Source of the DNA: Hyaloraphidium curvatum SAG 235-1
Lineage: Eukaryota > Fungi > Monoblepharomycota
DNA length: 64,000 nucleotides
Direction: 5' to 3'
Assembly: GCA_025558095.1 (NCBI GenBank)
Contig: JAIVFI010000022.1
Location: 620,001-684,000 of the forward strand
Shown here: positions 58,171 to 64,000 of the stretch, one piece after another
How the letters are laid out: every line of letters starts with the position of its first letter
Position numbering within the stretch: position 1 is the stretch's first letter
The notes under the pieces: generated by a model
What the model was told of the DNA's origin: nothing
Database searches by the model: none
What the model saw: only the letters and a program-made list of their open reading frames with translations
Translations under genes and position numbers: made by a program

Positions 58171-60173
58171 ATGGGCGAGCGGACGGCGCCGTCGGGCGAC
58201 GATGACCGATTGCTGATCGCCCTCGCCGCGGGGCTGCGGGTTTCGGCCGACGCTGCGGACGCCGGGAGGGGCGGGGCACGCAGCGGGGGAGGCGCCTCGG
58301 ACGGAGGCAGCGACGCCGCGTGGTCGGATGCCCCGCCAGACGGCGATGGAGAGCCGGAAGCGCAGCTGGCCAAACGGCCGCCACACCCGCGGCCAACGAG
58401 CCTGCTGGACTCGGGCTGGAGCGGGTATTCGGCCTCCCTCCCCCCGGAGGCGGCCGCCCCTGCCTCGGACCCCTGGCGGGCGGCCTTTGGCGCGGGAGGC
58501 GGGCTGCCGAGGCCGATGCGGACGTTTCCAGCCCCATCGCCGGCCGCAGACGTCGCCCCGCTCAGCGCACCGGCTCCCCCCTCCGAGCTGCTCTTCCCGG
58601 CCATCGCCCGCTTCTTCGAGGTGTTCCACCCGCTGTTCCCCGTGGTGCACAAAGCCACCTTCGAGGCCTCGCTCGCCGGGCAGCCCTCACCGGTGTACGC
58701 CGGCACCCGCCCGCTGGCCCTGGCCTACGCCGCCGCGGCAGTCGGGGCGTTCCACCTCCCCGCCGAGCCCGAGCAGGCGCGGGTGCGGTTCGCCAGGCTG
58801 TGCTGCGACCGCGCGCGGGACCTGCTCCTCGCCGGCCGCGCGTCGCCCGTCGAGGAGGCCTTCGCGCTGGCCCTCATTCTGAACGTGATGCTGGTCGCGG
58901 GCGTCCCGGGGAGGATGGCCCACCCCTTGCAGAGGTGCGGCCGGCTGGCGGAGGCGCTCTACCTCTCCCTCCCCGAGGAACCCCCCTCCACCCCCGACGA
59001 GTGGGTGTACAGGGAGCAGGTCCTCCGCCTCCGGATATTCTACTGCGCCTTCGACCTCGGCGCAGCCTTCAACGCCGGCCGTCCGGCGCTGTCGAGCTAC
59101 TTCCACCCGCACCGCAGCCCGCTCCCGTGCGGAGAGGCCTTCTTCGACCACCCCTTCCCCGGCGCCGCGTTCGACGCCCTCACCTCCTGGAGGGAGTCCG
59201 AAGGAGGCGAGCCGTGCGTGCGGTACCCGGCCAAGGACTGGCGTGAGATCTCGGGCACCTTCTCCCACCTCTCCTCCCTCTCGGCCTCGCCCTCGGGCAG
59301 CGTGCTCTGCGCCCTCATGCTCTCCAACTACGTCCGCCACCTCCGCATGGCCCTCGGCCGCTCCGACGCCTCCTCCCCGCTGAACGACCGCCGCACCGCC
59401 GCCGGCGGGCTGGTAGGCGCATGCGACGCCGCGCTCCGCGCGCTCCCCCCGGATCTCGGCACCGCCCTGTCGCAGGGCGACCCCGCACCCCTCCTCCGCT
59501 CCCGGGGCTTCGCCGACCCCGCGCATGCCTACTCGCTCCTGCACTCGCACCTCTTCTCCGAGGTCCACGTGGCCGACCGCCTCCACGCCGCCGGCTTCCG
59601 CGCCTCCTGCGCCGCGCGGCACCTCCGCCTCGCGCGGTGCCTCGAACAGCTGCTGCGCGCGGATCCGCCGGGGGACAGGTGCCACCACGTGCTGATGGCC
59701 CCCGCGTACGTCGCGGGGAGGTACCTGCTCGCGGATCTGGTCGGGGAGGAGCCGCGCGGGCCGGACGAGGGGGGCGAGGGGCGGGAGAGGAGGAGGAGGG
59801 AGCTGGGGAGGGGGGTGCGGGCCGTGGGGAGGTTCTTGGAGAGGCTGGGGAGGGTGTACGGGCTCCAGCGTGGGTTTTCGTCGTGCGGCGGGGGTTCCGT
59901 ATTGTTCTGACCCCGGGTGACGTTGCAGCGCGCAAGGTGGCGAGGGCGTTCGCCGGGGACGTCGCGGCCGCGGGTTTCGGGCCCGGCGGTCCCGCGCCGC
60001 TGCCCGAGGACTCGAGCGACCTGCAGGAGGACGACGGGGGGTTCGTGCCCGGGCCGCCCGAGGGCGGGGAGGAGGCGAGGTTCTTTGGGGACGTGCTGCT
60101 TTCGGGCAAGGTGAGGTGGGAGTCGTTTGCGGCGGGCAAGGGCGGACCGGGGTCTCCGGGGAGCCTGGGTTAG
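58171..60173 (+). CDS. Fungal-specific transcription factor middle-domain protein, paralog 2
   Basis: RFFEVFHPLFPVVHKATF, LAYAAAAVGA, WVYREQVLRLRIF...D. Intron at the same codon position as paralog 1 (YGLQ-PRKVARAF). Confidence 0.75.
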
Positions 60174-60476
60174 GCGGACTATGAGGGTGGGGGATGAAGC
60201 GGTGGCTAGATCGCGGACAGTGGTGTGCTGGCGCTTGGCAGTTCGAATTGAGGCTGGGGGCGGGCCGATCGGCGGCAAATCACTGCCCCAGGGAGCACGA
60301 CATGGGATTGCTGTAGCAGCTAAACTGTCCCCCGGTGCTTAGAGAAAGGATCAGACGGAATTGCTGCCGGACTACGCCGGGCACGGGATCGAACAACCCG
60401 GCGACAGCCGCCCGCGTGCCGCCCGCTCAGCATTCCCTTGCCAAGCCCCGAAACTCCAGAATCGGCCGGCCGCGCG

Positions 60477-61852
60477 ATGACCGCCCGAATACCGGCCTCC
60501 CGGCGCCGCCGGGTCATCTCCCTCTTGTACTTGTGCCTGCTGCTCGTTCTCGGGCTGGGGGCGGGGGGGGCGGCGGCAGGGTCCCCCCGACCCCGCCGGC
60601 TCCCCGCCGACAACACCGCGCCGGTGGCCCCTCCCCTGCCCCGCCAGGCCGGCAACGACAGCGCCCCCGCCTGCCTCGTCGACGCCGTCGCCCTCTCCGT
60701 CGCTGGCTTTTCCTTCGCCGCCCGCACCGCCACCGCCGAGCTCCGCGTCCTCGCCGTGTGCTCGTCGCAGATGGGCGTGACCGACGTGCTCCGCCTCGTG
60801 GGCCCGCAGGGCGACGGCAGCGTGCAGGTCTCGGCCCAGGGCGGCGCGCCGTTGCCCGCCGAGGCGCAGGCGCAGCTGCCGGGGATGGTGTGGATGGCCG
60901 CGGCGCAGTACCGCGCCGACGTGCGGGCGCGGTTCGAGCTAAAGTACTACCCGTTCGATCGGATAAGGGTGCCGGTGGCGCTCGAGGCGACCAAGCCGTG
61001 GGGGGACATGGAGGTGCGGTTCGGGCTGCTGGACGCCAACCCCGGGTCGAGGATCGGCAACGGGTTCTTCACGGACGAGGCGCTGATGCTCCAGGGCCTT
61101 CCCATCGTGGTGGCGGGGAACTTTGGCTACGTTCCGGACTCGTTCGGCGCCCAGGCGCCCGAGTTTGCGCGGTTCACGTTCGAGTACGAGTTCCGGAGGG
61201 ACGACGTGACGACGTTCGTGCAGGTCATGCTGGCGAGCTACCTGGCCTTCATGCTCAGCGTGTCGTCGCTGGCGCTGCCGGTGGAGGAGCACTTTGACTC
61301 GCGGATGGGGATCCTGGGCGCAAGGTGGGCCGCGGCAGCGCCGGGACGCTTCGGCGAAACTCACGCCTCCACAGCATCTTCGTCGTCGTCCTCACCATGT
61401 CGGCCCTCTCGACCTTCCTCGGCTACCCCGCCACCATGACCCTGGGGGACTACATAACCCTCTCGACGCTCTTCCTCATCGGCCTCATCTTTGTCGAGAG
61501 CATCTGCGAAAAGTGGCTCGTGCTGCACCGCCGGGCCAAGGAGGACGACGCCGAGGCGCTCCACAGGGCTTTCGGCAACGGCGCCGAGGACGTGGACGGT
61601 GCTGACAAGGCCGCGGCCGAGGGCACCAACGGCGCCCTGCGTCACCGCGGCCCGCGTGCGCCCGCGGGTGCAGGGGTCGAGATGCCCGTGGTCGACGCGC
61701 CCCCGCGCCGCTCGGTGTTCTGCTTCGGCGCGTGCCCGCGGCCCAAGGGGGCCGAGTGGATGTCGCTGTGGACCGCGGTGACAGTGAGCATTGCGTACGT
61801 CGGGATCAACGTCGGGCTGCTCGTCGGGTACAGGGCGCCGCCGGGGGGCTGA
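60477..61852 (+). CDS. Pentameric ligand-gated ion channel subunit (Cys-less, Pro-loop type)
   Basis: Signal peptide; beta-rich ectodomain with FELKYYPFD Pro-loop; pre-M1 EFRR; four TM helices (M1 FVQVMLASYLAFMLSVSSLAL, M2 RMGILGASIFVVVLTMSAL, loop P..MTLGD, M3, M4). A 50-nt GT-AG intron at 61325-61374 restores the frame within M2. Confidence 0.8.
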
Positions 61853-63047
61853 GATGGTCGGAGGGATCGGTTAGGCTGTCGCGTGCCGGGCTTCGATGCA
61901 ATGCGTCGCGCTGCCTCGGCAGACCGTTTTCGCGGCCGGCCGGCCGTACCGGTCGCGGCCCCGAGGGCCCCGCCTGGCTGCCGCTGGGTCTCCGGGCTGT
62001 GTCGATGTCCCCCTGTTCCCGGTCCACGCCCCCGCAGTAGGACGCCGCCCCACGTCCTGCGGGAGGGCCCCATCCTGACGACGTGCGCGCAGTGTACGGT
62101 GTGCGGGCCGTTTTCGGGGATTCGAGGGGAGCGCAACGCCGCTAGATAGAACGTTGGCTGGGCAGGGAGCGACGTCACAGGCCGGGACGGTCGGTTCGGC
62201 ATGTCGGATTCGGCGAGGTGTCGAGTGGAAAGAGGCATGTCGGACGTCGGAGCAGCGGTGGTCATCCCCAAAAGGGAACTGGATCGCAAGGGTCGGTGGG
62301 ACGCTCCGGTCCGCAAGGGCCCCGCACCCCGGCGGGTCGGAAACACTTCCGACGGGGAACAGTCCGCTCGGGTCGATTCGAGCGGCTGTTGGTGCGGAAC
62401 GGCGCGCCGGATGCGCGGGGAAAGCGGCCGACGGACCCGAGGGTAGTGAGGCCGAGGGATACAGCGCCACCCGGGGTCCGGGGCGGCAACCGGTGCCGAG
62501 GGGCAGACCAAGCGGCCCGATGTTCGAGTTCTTTGGACCGGCCATTCGGAGCGCACGGGGTGGCCGGGAAATGCGGGGGAGGGGAGCGGTCGATGTGGCG
62601 CCATCGAGTCATAGGAAGGGACGGGGGTGAGTGCGGGTGCCCAATCGCCCTGGAGGCGGGAATGGCGGCGATGTCGGACGATTCGATCATGCCGAATGTG
62701 ATGTCTCCCGCCATCTGCAGCGCCCGGCGGCCGCCGGCGGCCGTGCGGCGGCCGAGGGACGGGTCGCGAATCGGGAGGGCGGACGGTCGGGGTCCAGACC
62801 GCGCACCGGCCCTGTGACTCGACGCGCACGGGGGCCGCCGGGAGGGGACATCCGGGCCGTGCGAGGGGCGCGGCGACTTGAGGAGGGGGCCGGATGAGCC
62901 TGCCCGTGCGTCAAGGTAGCGCAGGAGGCGTCGGATGAAAATTCGCGCGAGGTTCGAAGCGGCCCGAAAAAAAGATCGAGCGTCCCGGCCGCCGACCGCC
63001 CTCGTCGACCGGCGAAATCGCGACCACTCACACCAGCGCCCGCAGAC

Positions 63048-64000
63048 ATGGCCGCGCAGACAGCGGCCGCTCCCGCCGAGGCGCGGGGAGCGCACGCCGC
63101 GGCGGCGCAGGCGGAGGCAGACGATGCGGCGGCCGCCGGCCCGATGCTGCTGTCCGCGACGCGGGCATCGTCGCTCCTGGGCACCGGCAGCCTGGACATC
63201 GGCGCGTGGCTGGCGGCGGCCGGCGCGCACGGCAGCGACGGCGGCGACCGGGACGACGCGGCCGCCGCCCTGCTCGCCACGGCCGACGCCCTGTTCGGTG
63301 CCGACTCGTTCGGGCTGCTGGACTGCCTGAATCTGCCGGCGACGCCGCTGCCCGGGGACGCCGCGCCCGCCGACGCCGCGGTCATCGACCTCGGCGGCCT
63401 GCTCGCCCCGCTGGCCCCGCCCGCCCCGCCCCATCTGGACCCGCACGGCCCGCCCACGCCGCCCGCCTCGGAGCGCACCGCGGGCGACTCGGGCGACCTG
63501 CGCGCCGCCTACCTCAATGCCGTGCTGCCCCTCGACGGCCCGCCTGCCCCCGATCCGCGGCCCGCCCCCCCGATCCCCGCGTGGCACTCGCCCGCCCTCT
63601 CCGCCGCCGCCTCGCCGCCGCCGCCCGGCGCTGGCACCCTCGCGCCCGCCGCCCTCTTCGCCCCGCTGTTCCCCGCGCAGCTGCCCGCGGCCTCCCCCAA
63701 GCGCGCGAGGCGCACCCCGCCCGCGGACCCCAGCTCGCCGGGCAGCGACTCGACGCTCTCCCTCGCAGCCGACCGCGCCTCCTTCTTTGTCGCCGACAAC
63801 GCGGGCAACCTCACCACCATCTCCTTCCCGCGCACCGCCTTCCTTCCCCTCTCGGGCGCCGCGGGGCAGCCCGCAAAGCGCCGCCGCGTCTCGGAGCCCG
63901 ACGTCCCCGGCCACCTCGAGCTGGACCTCTCCTTCGACACCCTGTTCGGCCGGCGCGGGACGGGGTCGCCTTCCGCAACCAGAAGTCCGCCAGCGTCGCC
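63048..64000 (+). CDS. 5' part of an Ala/Pro-rich hypothetical protein running off the window
   Basis: ATG at 63048 (MAAQTAAAPAEA); frame appears open to the window end; NLS-like PAKRRRV. Confidence 0.5.
   Translation, partial: MAAQTAAAPAEARGAHAAAAQAEADDAAAAGPMLLSATRASSLLGTGSLDIGAWLAAAGAHGSDGGDRDDAAAALLATADALFGADSFGLLDCLNLPATPLPGDAAPADAAVIDLGGLLAPLAPPAPPHLDPHGPPTPPASERTAGDSGDLRAAYLNAVLPLDGPPAPDPRPAPPIPAWHSPALSAAASPPPPGAGTLAPAALFAPLFPAQLPAASPKRARRTPPADPSSPGSDSTLSLAADRASFFVADNAGNLTTISFPRTAFLPLSGAAGQPAKRRRVSEPDVPGHLELDLSFDTLFGRRGTGSPSATRSPPAS

Noticed and set aside
61860-63040. 1.2-kb intergenic region as a possible ncRNA or gene
   Set aside because: No tRNA, rRNA or snRNA signature and no coding-like frame identified.

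Overview
GC-rich eukaryotic genomic DNA with dense genes, short (about 50-70 nt) GT-AG introns and CTGAC-type branch points. Gene content (cytochrome b5-fused acyl-CoA dehydrogenases, Fox2-like dehydrogenases, fungal-specific TF middle domains, GATA factors) points to a fungus. An early-diverging zoosporic lineage such as Monoblepharidomycetes (Hyaloraphidium-like) is my inference, not a verified assignment. The first 25 kb is rich in lipid and peroxisomal genes: two b5-ACAD paralogs each divergently paired with a lipid transporter (ABCG, P4-ATPase), two tandem Fox2-like double-dehydrogenase genes lacking the hydratase domain, and a PRISE-type SDR. The rest is accessory-like: repeated membrane and F-box-like families, several frameshifted or nonsense-disrupted copies, intronless bacterial-like genes, two GATA paralogs with odd finger spacing and two fungal TF-domain paralogs. 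Most striking are an intron-containing Cys-less pentameric ligand-gated ion channel gene (60477-61852), a signal-peptide-bearing atypical protein kinase (35421-37733) and a surface protein with a thyroglobulin type-1 domain (5379-6145). All family calls come from motif recognition by eye; no searches were run.
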